Under the pieces are notes generated by a model. That model did not search any database. It was not told the origin of the DNA and saw only the letters and a list, made by a program, of their open reading frames with translations. From the sequence record NC_016163.1: DNA of 64,000 nucleotides, one strand, 5' to 3'. The translations under genes were made by a program, and so were the position numbers. Numbering within the stretch: position 1 is the first letter of the stretch; every line of letters starts with the position of its first letter. This document shows, one piece after another, positions 18,715 through 27,714 of this stretch.

Positions 18715-20148
18715 ATGGTATTCAAAAAACTAAAAAGTGCTATAGATAAAAAGAAGGAAGATACAGTCAAACCTGAGAACAGGAATGAAGAACTTATTTC
18801 AGTAAATGATTCTGACAGTTATGGTGCATGGACAGATAAAGGTTTTGACATATCCACTGTACCTAATGTAGCCAACAAACCTGTAAGTGCTGAAGATATT
18901 GAAGGAATTCCCAGAGAATGTTCTGGTATACCTTATCCCTTGAGTAATGAACAGTATAGAGCTGTCAAGAATATCATTAAATGGATTAATGATGTATCAA
19001 GTTATCTTAGTACTTCATATGATTATGAAGCTCCATTTAGAAGACTAGCTGGCTATGCTGGTACTGGTAAGACTGCTTGTATTTCATATTTACTTACTGA
19101 GGGTTATAAATATTTTCCTTCATATATGAGAGAAAAAGAAATTGCAGTATGTACCTTTACATGGAAAGCCGCATTAGTTCTTCAATCTAGAGGGATTGAT
19201 AAAGCATCTAGTATTCATGGATTACTTTATAAACCTCAAGAAAACGATAAAGGTGAATTATACTTTGTTAGACGTGATAAATTCGAAGTCATGTCAGCAT
19301 ATAGTATGATTGTAGTTGATGAAGCATCAATGGTTGATCGTAAGATGCGAAAAGATATTCAATCTTATGGAATACCAGTACTTTATGTAGGTGATAAAGG
19401 TCAACTTCCGCCAATTTCTAATAACCCTGCTGATGCATTAATTGATAATAATTTTATGGCTGAAGCAGAGGATTCTCTAGAAGAAATCAACCGTCAGGCT
19501 AAAGATTCTCCTATCATTCGTTTGTCTATGGATATCCGTAATGGTAAAAGAGTAAACTATGGTAAGTACGGTAAAGGCGTATTTAAAATAACTGAAGATG
19601 AATTAATTGAAGATCAAAATGATCTTCTTCCTATGATGTCTCAAATTATATGCGGTACCAATGATTGTCGTAGAGCCGCTAATAGCTTTATGCGCCGATT
19701 ATATGGCTATAATCGTAAACGTATGCCAGTAAAAGGTGAAAAACTTATAGGTCTTTCCAATGTTTTAGATAAGGGTTTATATAATGGTCAAGCATGGTTA
19801 TGTGATGACGAGGATGCAAGTTCTTACTCACTATCTGATAGTAAGAACGTAAGTCTTTCTTTAGCTTCTCCAGATAACTCGGATAGACGTCTTATACATT
19901 GTATTTTTCCAGAAGATAATCTATTTAAATCTGAAAGAATGTCTGAAGCTCAGATTTTTAAATATTTAAAAGATATGGAAATCTACTCAGTTGATTTCGG
20001 ATACTGTATTACTTGCCATAAATCACAGGGTTCATCCTTTGATAAGGTACTGGTATTTGAAGAAAAGATTGGAGATCGTGACTTCCATAAAAAATGGCTG
20101 TATACCAGTGTAACTCGTGCTGTATCAAAGCTAGTCATTGTGAGTTAA
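18715..20148 (+). CDS. SF1B (Dda/RecD-like) DNA helicase (start likely ATG 18715)
   Basis: GYAGTGKT, DEASM, GDKGQLPP, TCHKSQG, YTSVTRA; RBS aaagga; early promoter at 18673-18680. Confidence 0.9.
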   Translation: MVFKKLKSAIDKKKEDTVKPENRNEELISVNDSDSYGAWTDKGFDISTVPNVANKPVSAEDIEGIPRECSGIPYPLSNEQYRAVKNIIKWINDVSSYLSTSYDYEAPFRRLAGYAGTGKTACISYLLTEGYKYFPSYMREKEIAVCTFTWKAALVLQSRGIDKASSIHGLLYKPQENDKGELYFVRRDKFEVMSAYSMIVVDEASMVDRKMRKDIQSYGIPVLYVGDKGQLPPISNNPADALIDNNFMAEAEDSLEEINRQAKDSPIIRLSMDIRNGKRVNYGKYGKGVFKITEDELIEDQNDLLPMMSQIICGTNDCRRAANSFMRRLYGYNRKRMPVKGEKLIGLSNVLDKGLYNGQAWLCDDEDASSYSLSDSKNVSLSLASPDNSDRRLIHCIFPEDNLFKSERMSEAQIFKYLKDMEIYSVDFGYCITCHKSQGSSFDKVLVFEEKIGDRDFHKKWLYTSVTRAVSKLVIVS

Positions 20149-20150
20149 GT

Positions 20151-20828
20151 ATGAATAGTAAGGAATTTGATAAAATATTAAGAGAAAAATATAATCTCTT
20201 AGAATTTGAAGAATTGTCTGAGCTGACTGGTAAAGCTGTAAATACTGTTCAGAAAAGGATAAAGCTTCTTGGTTTAGAACCGGATTATACTTTAAGACAT
20301 AATCTGAAAAAATTCAAGCCCGTAATTTATAATGATATCATTTATAATAGATATCTGATAAGTAGAAAAGGGATTATACTAGATCTAAATAATAGAGGTA
20401 AAACGATTAAATATCGTATCAACTCTGGCGGTTATTATGTTTTTAATATAAAAGATAATGGAAAATTAAAAACCTTATTTTTACATAAGGTGATTGCTGA
20501 AGTCTATAAACCTAACCCTAAGCCGGGAATCTATAATACAGTCAATCATAAATCTGGAATTAAAACTGATTTCGATTTAGATAACTTAGAATGGACTACC
20601 CGTAAAGGTAATACTGATCATGCCTATGAAACCGGACTTATGGATTCTAAGATAGGTGAGAAAAGTAATTTTTCCAAATTCTCTAATGAAGAGATTAAGT
20701 TAGCTAAAAAACTTTTAGATCAATTTCCAGATATGTCTCCTTCAAAAATTAAGTCTACTTATAAACTTCCAATGTCGGCTAGTTATTTAACCGATATACG
20801 TAATGGTAGAAGGGTCAAATATACATAG
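20151..20828 (+). CDS. Free-standing HNH homing endonuclease (start likely ATG 20151)
   Basis: LHKVIAEVY...VNHKSGIKTDFDLDNLEWTTRKGNTDHA. Confidence 0.85.
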   Translation: MNSKEFDKILREKYNLLEFEELSELTGKAVNTVQKRIKLLGLEPDYTLRHNLKKFKPVIYNDIIYNRYLISRKGIILDLNNRGKTIKYRINSGGYYVFNIKDNGKLKTLFLHKVIAEVYKPNPKPGIYNTVNHKSGIKTDFDLDNLEWTTRKGNTDHAYETGLMDSKIGEKSNFSKFSNEEIKLAKKLLDQFPDMSPSKIKSTYKLPMSASYLTDIRNGRRVKYT

Positions 20829-20865
20829 ATTAACTGTAATCGTAACTTAATCAATGATATATTAT

Positions 20866-20995
20866 TTATGTGAATTTGTGGTAAAATTCTGTTTTGTATT
20901 TTCCTATAGAATACATTTTAATTTCCCTTTGTGTCTGCGCCCAACGACGCAGTTTCTGGTACAATAAGGACTCTCCCTTATTGTACCATTTTTTT
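20866..20995 (+). ncRNA. Candidate small structured RNA
   Basis: Early motif at 20858-20865, hairpins at 20872-20889, 20895-20915 and 20935-20952, terminator 20957-20988 plus T tract; no ORF. Confidence 0.4.
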
Positions 20996-20997
20996 TT

Positions 20998-21792
20998 TTA
21001 TTTAGTTCTAGTCGGTTTGTAAGTACCGTTAGCCACATCTTTTAGATAAGGTTTATACTTAGTCGATCTAATATACATAATATTCTTAGGGTATTCTCTA
21101 TTAATCTGGAAGAAGGATTTACCATAGCCTTTTACAGCTACCTTTGATTTAGTAGAATACTTTTCAATATTATTGAACCACAAGTCAGGATTGCAACCCT
21201 TAGTATTTTTACAGATAGCTCTATCTTTTAGAATACCACCATAACCACCATTGTAGCAGCTGAACATCATAGCCATTCTATCTTCAGCCTTACCAGCCCA
21301 TTTTACCTGATTATAGCAAGTACGGTTCAATGTAAACATAGCAATAAACTGATAATATGGATCATAACGCTGAGACCATTCCCAATTCTTTAATTTAGCG
21401 TTCTGTTGTTTTAGACCAGTAAAGTTATTGAATTTAGAAGTGATAGTTATCTGAGGTATACCAAAACCATATTCTCTAGAGGTTTTAAGTTCTGTAGTAG
21501 GATTCCAGCACTTAGCTTTACTTGCACAAGATTCTTGTTCAGCTTGTCCAGCAAAATAATGAGAATTATGATTCATTGAAGGCCAATCATTAACAATGGC
21601 ATCTTTAAATGATGGTAAAGACTGCTTAAACTTAGTATCATTAATAACATCATAAGCTCTAGCATTACTCAGCATAGAAAGAAAAAGCATTGCACAAGCT
21701 ATTAGTGTAGTCTGTAAAAGTATTCTCCACCAATTTATTTTTTTCTTTTTCATTACTAATACCTTAAATTTAACGCTAAAAGGATTTTTCAC
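20998..21792 (-). CDS. Lytic transglycosylase (SLT-like) endolysin with N-terminal signal/anchor
   Basis: AGQAEQES, YGFGIPQIT, SCYNGGYGG; basic plus hydrophobic N-terminus ending in NARA. Confidence 0.8.
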   Translation of the reverse strand: MKNPFSVKFKVLVMKKKKINWWRILLQTTLIACAMLFLSMLSNARAYDVINDTKFKQSLPSFKDAIVNDWPSMNHNSHYFAGQAEQESCASKAKCWNPTTELKTSREYGFGIPQITITSKFNNFTGLKQQNAKLKNWEWSQRYDPYYQFIAMFTLNRTCYNQVKWAGKAEDRMAMMFSCYNGGYGGILKDRAICKNTKGCNPDLWFNNIEKYSTKSKVAVKGYGKSFFQINREYPKNIMYIRSTKYKPYLKDVANGTYKPTRTK

Positions 21793-21807
21793 CTTTTAGC
21801 GTTAGTT

Positions 21808-22158
21808 TTATACAATTTTCAACATATCCATCAGTTTCGCTAAGATAAAGATAATAGAAGCGAATACGATAGCTGCTGCAATAGGTTCTGTTTTTGCGGT
21901 ATTATACAGCTCTAATAGTGACATATCAGGGAAGAAAATACCTCTCAGGAAGTGCGCGAACCATACAGCTAGTACTGAGATAGCTACAGAGGTAAGTAAC
22001 CCACTAAACTGAGCAAAGTTATCATTTCCGCCACCATAAAGGAACAGACCCACAATTAAGAATACCGGAATAAAGTTAATTAGTTCTTTAGTCCAGTTTA
22101 CTTTAATTTCTGGTTTCTGGAAGTGCTTAAACTTCCTTTTACCAACTTTTTTTTCCAT
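21808..22158 (-). CDS. Putative holin (3 TM)
   Basis: Three hydrophobic segments, basic N-terminus, directly upstream of the endolysin; late promoter at 22189-22200. Confidence 0.6.
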   Translation of the reverse strand: MEKKVGKRKFKHFQKPEIKVNWTKELINFIPVFLIVGLFLYGGGNDNFAQFSGLLTSVAISVLAVWFAHFLRGIFFPDMSLLELYNTAKTEPIAAAIVFASIIFILAKLMDMLKIV

Positions 22159-22246
22159 CGGTTTTTCCTTAGTTAATCATGAAATAACTAAAGAACTGTT
22201 AGAAAATAAAACACCCCATATCCACTTTTAAGGATATGGGGTAAAT

Positions 22247-22519
22247 TTATTCTTTTTTCTTACTGAGTTCCGATTCAACTACTTCTTTAATCTCAGATTT
22301 CATATTATTTTCAACAATTTCATTAACTCTAGTAGTGAGCAAAGCGTAAGCATTTTCCAATTTTTTGATTAAACGATTAGCATCTTTAACTTTAATAGAA
22401 TCACTTTCACCAATAACATCTAGCAATAGTTTTACTTCCATCGCAGTTAATGGAACTGGAACGTCAGCATTTACAATAGCCAATTTGACGGAATCAGGTA
22501 ATTTGTCAATATCTGTCAT
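22247..22519 (-). CDS. Hypothetical protein
   Basis: ATGA-type overlap with the upstream ORF. Confidence 0.6.
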   Translation of the reverse strand: MTDIDKLPDSVKLAIVNADVPVPLTAMEVKLLLDVIGESDSIKVKDANRLIKKLENAYALLTTRVNEIVENNMKSEIKEVVESELSKKKE

Positions 22520-23097
22520 TTAAGGAAATCCTTGTATTTAACTTGTTTGTAAGTATCTAACAATTTGTTTTTGTCATTAGAATTTTGTAAAATTTTACTT
22601 ATTTCTATTTTAGAATCGTTAATCTTACGAAGTAGTTTATTACGTAATTTAAGTATTTCTTTTATATCATTAAATGATAAAATAGTTACATTACCGTCTT
22701 CATTTTTAATTCTTAATGGCTCAAACTCTTCTGCTCCGAGATAGAAACAACTTTCAAGTAATTGGAATACTGGAGAAGAAATTCTTATTTCAGTTGCACC
22801 ATATGAAATTATATGGTTTTTGTTTATATCGTTGATACTTTCTATATGAAAATTAGCAATCTTCTCCTTCAGCTCACTAACATTAATATTTTCACTAAAA
22901 TGTACTACTTTAGGATTGCCGAAGTTATCAAACCCCATTTCGTATTCCGGAGACCTAGTGAGCTGTAGACAGAATCTCTTATAATCCCCTTCACTAATTT
23001 CTTTATACGGCTTAGGTACATTAACAGGTACAGGAATTATAGTTTTGTACAAACCTTTACTTTTAAGACTTACAAAGTAGTGATATTTTTGTTGCAT
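22516..23097 (-). CDS. Hypothetical protein, possibly tail-assembly related
   Basis: Late context beside a DUF4376-like gene. Confidence 0.55.
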   Translation of the reverse strand: MQQKYHYFVSLKSKGLYKTIIPVPVNVPKPYKEISEGDYKRFCLQLTRSPEYEMGFDNFGNPKVVHFSENINVSELKEKIANFHIESINDINKNHIISYGATEIRISSPVFQLLESCFYLGAEEFEPLRIKNEDGNVTILSFNDIKEILKLRNKLLRKINDSKIEISKILQNSNDKNKLLDTYKQVKYKDFLK

Positions 23098-23150
23098 AAT
23101 TTACCTTAAAAAAGAAAAGCCCTATGGGTTTCCATAGGGCTTAATTTTAA

Positions 23151-23690
23151 TTAAATGGTAATAATGGCTACATCATCCCATCCGGTAGTATAATCATATA
23201 CGACCAAATCTTCAAAAGTAGTTACTTCGTTAATATCTTTAAAATGAGCATACTCTCTATTGAAAGCTCTTTGAATCTGAATTCTTGCGGCTTGTTGTAA
23301 AGCTTTAGCAGTAGAGATATCAAGTTCAATCCACTGAGTATTACTAACTTTCCAAGTCAAAGTATAGTGATTTAAACCACCAGATTCTGATTCATAAGAG
23401 GAGATTAAATCAGCTAAGCGACTCATATTAGTGTCAGTAGGACTAAAAGAACCTTCTTTAACACCAATAGGGGTAATCTGATAATTATAGCGATAAGTAG
23501 CTAAATTAGCAATTACTTCATTCTTAGCCTGATTAAGAAATTGATTAAAAGTAGCTTCTGCTACCGTAGCAATCTCCTTAGTATCCCAAATAGCGCCATC
23601 ATATGAATCAAACTGAGAAAATACTGGATTACCTTTGCTATTAATAATAGTAAATCCAGATTCCATAATATTAAGCTTTAAGATTTCCAT
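23151..23690 (-). CDS. DUF4376-like tail/fibre-assembly-associated protein
   Basis: LATYRYNYQ...TWKVSNTQWIELD...QIQRAFNRE pattern. Confidence 0.6.
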   Translation of the reverse strand: MEILKLNIMESGFTIINSKGNPVFSQFDSYDGAIWDTKEIATVAEATFNQFLNQAKNEVIANLATYRYNYQITPIGVKEGSFSPTDTNMSRLADLISSYESESGGLNHYTLTWKVSNTQWIELDISTAKALQQAARIQIQRAFNREYAHFKDINEVTTFEDLVVYDYTTGWDDVAIITI

Positions 23691-23699
23691 CTTTAACCC

Positions 23700-26600
23700 T
23701 TATAAATAATTACGCACAATACCAATTTTGGTAGGGGAATTAAACACTGAAGCTGAGCCAGCTATATATTTATTCATTTCATAGAATTTACCATCAACTC
23801 CATAATGGAGTAATGATTTAGATGCCGACAGATATGGAGACCAAAGTGCTGCACTAGCTATAGGTACCATATTGGCTGTATCTACTACTCTAAATTCTTT
23901 AGTATCTAAATTAAGAATATTTAATTGCCCGCCTAGGAACTTAGGAGTATAACCAGTATGAATAAATCCAGAAGAACTATCCTTAGAGGTATTTAGTTGA
24001 TTATAGAATAGAATTTCATTCTTCTCACAGTTAGGAATTCTTTCGGCAAAGTGAACCTCACAAAATTCATTCTTACCATTAGTAAGACCACGGAAATTTT
24101 GAATAAATGAGTACTCTACACTTACATCTTTATAAGTATTTGAAGAAATTGAATACTCATAAATAATTTTATTAGGATTCCCTAAGTCTTGGCGAAGAGA
24201 AGGTAAATCTACTTTATCGTCTACTAGTCCAATATACCCACCAAAGATAATAATCTTATCCTTATCTTTTCTGAAACAATTCCCCCAACCTATCCCATAA
24301 TTTGGTAGGCTAGCTATTAATGAGAAAGTATTGGTGTCTACATCATATACCATACAACGTTGGGTAGATAGGGAATTACTAGCAATATCCCAATATGGTA
24401 CTTTTTGAGCTGTATATCCGCCAAACATATACAATTTTCTCGTATCTTTGTCAAAATATGCAGCACCATTACCATATTGATAAGGCATAGTTGCTATCTG
24501 ACTTATGGTTTTAGTAGCCATATCAAATTTGTAAACAAACATATTAAATACATTATTTACATTACGACTATCTATATAGGATATACCATTTTCTGTAAAT
24601 TGTACTAAAGTCTTATTCTTTACGCCACCAACAATAATAGGATTTCCATCTCTATCAGAACAAGTTGCACCATATACAGAACTTAATTGAGAACTAGGAT
24701 AGAAAGTAAATTTCTCCGTCACTCTATTATAGATACCTATAATATTTTGAGGAGTAGTTGTATTATTTGGCGCTCTTGATTGTACAGTAAAAGTAAAGAA
24801 TATTGATGTATTATCATATTCATTACATGGTATAACCATAGGTGCCGTATAAATATCAACTAAACTTTCCCAACCTACAACATCATTGTATGCTCCAGTA
24901 ACATCAGTTTTAAATCCAGAAATAATTTTATCTCTATCTGGATGGTCAATCCTTTCAGAAAATTCTCGCTGATACAAGTGCGTGATGTAGATTCTTCCAT
25001 ACTTATCTACTGTACAACATTTATCGGAGTCAAGTTTAACTATACCATTTTGTGGATAGAAATTATTTCTACGAGTCAGAGATACAGTAATTTTACTGTT
25101 AACTAAATCATAATCCCAATGCCTACCAGTGTTATCTACTAAGCGAATAACATCTTTATTCAAATAGCTTGCGCCAACAATATAAGAATTAGATATAGCT
25201 GTAGATAAATCACTTAGAGATTTAGTTGTTACTGTACCAGTATTACTAATAATGGAAAAATTATTATTAGTAGTAGTATCTGGATGTAAACCATAAAATA
25301 CATAAGTATTTCCATTAAATGTATTTTCAGTTATATCGCCAGCAATAAAATCATATGGTAATGTAGTTAAGATTGACCAAGTAGTGCTAGTCAAATCATA
25401 TGCATATACATTCCGATTAAATGTTCCATCTGATTTAACCCCACCAATATACAGTACCTTATTATCCGGAGTTACTTTAGCTCTACCATATGCCACTGAT
25501 ATTGGTAGAGAGGTTATAGCAGCCCAAGTATCCGAATATGTAATCAGATCATTAGTGAAGAAACTATTTGATAAAACGCCTTCTTTATCACCACCTAAAA
25601 TAAATACTCTACCAGATTTAGAAACAGCCGTAGCTGCACCTTTTAATCCTTTTGTAAGTTTATCTACATTTAAAATAGTTTCAGTACCATAAGATACACT
25701 ATATTTAATTAATTTTGAACCATCAATTGGTGTACCGAAATCATTACTCTTACCAGTACTTAAGTAATAGAAATCACCTTTATACTTAAATGGTTGGTTG
25801 AAAGAAGAATATGTATTATCAGAAATCTCTCTTTCAACTACAATACCTGAGAAGGTGTCACTGGTATCATTATCTGGATAGTAAATAAATCCAACAGAAG
25901 GACGATTTAGATTTACTAATCCTTTAGTATTTAAGTACTCAGGTACTCCAGAAAAACTGTTTCCTCTATCTCCGCCAAAAATTGCTATCCTACCATCTTT
26001 AAGTGCAGCCATAGCGCAACTGGAACCGGCACTTAAAATGTTCTTATCTATAACCGATGCATTATTTGTAAGGTTTAATGGGGATTTATATGTCATGGTA
26101 CCTTTTGTTAAATCAAAGCATAACATATCTGCTACGTTGACATCCGATTCAAATTGCAATGGGACAGTAGTAGCAGTAGTACCTTCTTTTAACTGAGACA
26201 CCCAACCAGTGGTATACAATTTATCCTTAATTCTTACTATCTGACTGCCATCACCTGCAGCGATAGTATTAATCCATTTAGACCAAGTATTAGTAGCTAC
26301 GTCATATACTAAACCATAATTCCATTTACCATAAGCAGAAAATGAATTAGAAGCATTATCCTGTAATGGTAAATAAATTTTACCATTATAATAATGTAGA
26401 TATGTATTTCTCCAAGGATAATTACTACCAGACGAACCAGACGGCATTAATGAGGTAGGAATAGAAGCTAAGACTTCTACTGCTCCTAGAGTTACGTTGT
26501 TCGTATCAGACCCATAAATAATTTTTCTTCTACCAAAATGGTTTATTGCTACATCAGCTCCGTCAGGTGATGTAGTCCCAAATGGAATGTATACATATAG

Positions 26601-27608
26601 ATAATCATTTACATCATCATAAGTTACGCCATGACTTCTAAATAAGTAATTACTCCATTGACCAAGAATAACCCATTTTTGACCACCACTTACATTATCA
26701 CTAGTGTAAAGCAGTATGTCCCCAACAGTTTTCCACCACTGATTATTAGTATTTGCTTGATCACTATAATATGCACCCCCTCCTAATTGTAAGGCGCAGT
26801 TATTTTTTATAGCACAAAGCCTATGATTATTTACTGGATAAGGTAAATTAGAAGTTTCTCTAAAAGTCCTATCCGCTGGATTGAAGATGTATGATTTATT
26901 GGTAACTACTTTTGTCTGAGAAGTACTATATTCATCCAATACTAATACTGGATTGTAAAACCCTCCAGTTAGTAATACAGTACCATCTGTAAGAGTAACT
27001 GCTTCAGCATCAATCCATCCATTTAAGGGTAAATTGAAACTTTCATAAATTTTCTTAGACCCGTCTGTATATACAGCCCAAGGTTTAATTGTAGTAAATT
27101 GCGTAGGATCAATAATGTATGAAAGGGTTTCTAATGTGTCTTCAGACATTACAGCATCCACAATTACAGGTGCTGCAGCTATGACGTTTGATAAAGCTAA
27201 TGCTAAATATTCTATGCCATTATATACTACTGAAACTAGAGAATTCTGATAATTCTCATTATTTTCCATAGTATACTTTTTAACATACCCATTTACTACC
27301 TTTAAAGAGATTTTTACTTTATTACTTCCAGCAATACCTAATTTACCATCAATATAGATGTCTTTGTATAGGTTGCCTAGAATAATATATGAATAAGAGC
27401 TATTTTTAATAGAATTACCTAAAAATGTCTTAAGTTTATAGTTACCGCCAAATTTTACAGCTTTACCTTTAAAAATTTGGAAGAAAGATTGAGTTTTTAA
27501 ACTAGAGCTAGTAGGCTTACCAGAAGATAAGGTTCCGTCCTGATAATTTAATTTACCATCTATTAGTGCTCTGTTACTAAATCTTGCGGACTCTCTAGTC
27601 TGTGACAT
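23700..27608 (-). CDS. Large Kelch-repeat beta-propeller protein 1 (probably virion)
   Basis: Repeated hydrophobic-GG blades: VLLTGG, IAIFGG, VFILGG, VLYIGG, LYMFGG, IIIFGG; late promoter at 27646-27657. Confidence 0.85.
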   Translation of the reverse strand: MSQTRESARFSNRALIDGKLNYQDGTLSSGKPTSSSLKTQSFFQIFKGKAVKFGGNYKLKTFLGNSIKNSSYSYIILGNLYKDIYIDGKLGIAGSNKVKISLKVVNGYVKKYTMENNENYQNSLVSVVYNGIEYLALALSNVIAAAPVIVDAVMSEDTLETLSYIIDPTQFTTIKPWAVYTDGSKKIYESFNLPLNGWIDAEAVTLTDGTVLLTGGFYNPVLVLDEYSTSQTKVVTNKSYIFNPADRTFRETSNLPYPVNNHRLCAIKNNCALQLGGGAYYSDQANTNNQWWKTVGDILLYTSDNVSGGQKWVILGQWSNYLFRSHGVTYDDVNDYLYVYIPFGTTSPDGADVAINHFGRRKIIYGSDTNNVTLGAVEVLASIPTSLMPSGSSGSNYPWRNTYLHYYNGKIYLPLQDNASNSFSAYGKWNYGLVYDVATNTWSKWINTIAAGDGSQIVRIKDKLYTTGWVSQLKEGTTATTVPLQFESDVNVADMLCFDLTKGTMTYKSPLNLTNNASVIDKNILSAGSSCAMAALKDGRIAIFGGDRGNSFSGVPEYLNTKGLVNLNRPSVGFIYYPDNDTSDTFSGIVVEREISDNTYSSFNQPFKYKGDFYYLSTGKSNDFGTPIDGSKLIKYSVSYGTETILNVDKLTKGLKGAATAVSKSGRVFILGGDKEGVLSNSFFTNDLITYSDTWAAITSLPISVAYGRAKVTPDNKVLYIGGVKSDGTFNRNVYAYDLTSTTWSILTTLPYDFIAGDITENTFNGNTYVFYGLHPDTTTNNNFSIISNTGTVTTKSLSDLSTAISNSYIVGASYLNKDVIRLVDNTGRHWDYDLVNSKITVSLTRRNNFYPQNGIVKLDSDKCCTVDKYGRIYITHLYQREFSERIDHPDRDKIISGFKTDVTGAYNDVVGWESLVDIYTAPMVIPCNEYDNTSIFFTFTVQSRAPNNTTTPQNIIGIYNRVTEKFTFYPSSQLSSVYGATCSDRDGNPIIVGGVKNKTLVQFTENGISYIDSRNVNNVFNMFVYKFDMATKTISQIATMPYQYGNGAAYFDKDTRKLYMFGGYTAQKVPYWDIASNSLSTQRCMVYDVDTNTFSLIASLPNYGIGWGNCFRKDKDKIIIFGGYIGLVDDKVDLPSLRQDLGNPNKIIYEYSISSNTYKDVSVEYSFIQNFRGLTNGKNEFCEVHFAERIPNCEKNEILFYNQLNTSKDSSSGFIHTGYTPKFLGGQLNILNLDTKEFRVVDTANMVPIASAALWSPYLSASKSLLHYGVDGKFYEMNKYIAGSASVFNSPTKIGIVRNYL

Positions 27609-27645
27609 AGTAAGATTACCTTTTATTTATCTTATATAAAAGAAC

Positions 27646-27657
27646 TAAAAAGTTGTT
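27646..27657 (-). promoter_or_regulatory. Late-type promoter AACA-N6-TA
   Basis: Plus strand TA-aaaagt-TGTT. Confidence 0.65.
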
Positions 27658-27670
27658 CGTAAATAAAAGT

Positions 27671-27700
27671 CCCCTAATAAGACATGATGCTTATTAGGGG
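27671..27700 (-). terminator. Terminator-like hairpin
   Basis: cccctaataag / cttattagggg. Confidence 0.7.
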
Positions 27701-27714
27701 GTAACTTTAAATTA

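Noticed and set aside
20094-20150. Extended N-terminus of the HNH ORF, and the TTG start of the helicase at 18685
   Set aside because: The HNH extension overlaps the helicase 3' end, and ATG 20151 follows the helicase stop directly. The helicase ATG at 18715 has the RBS.
20866-20995. Multi-hairpin interval as a tRNA
   Set aside because: No acceptor stem, TTC-containing T loop or CCA end; kept only as an sRNA candidate.
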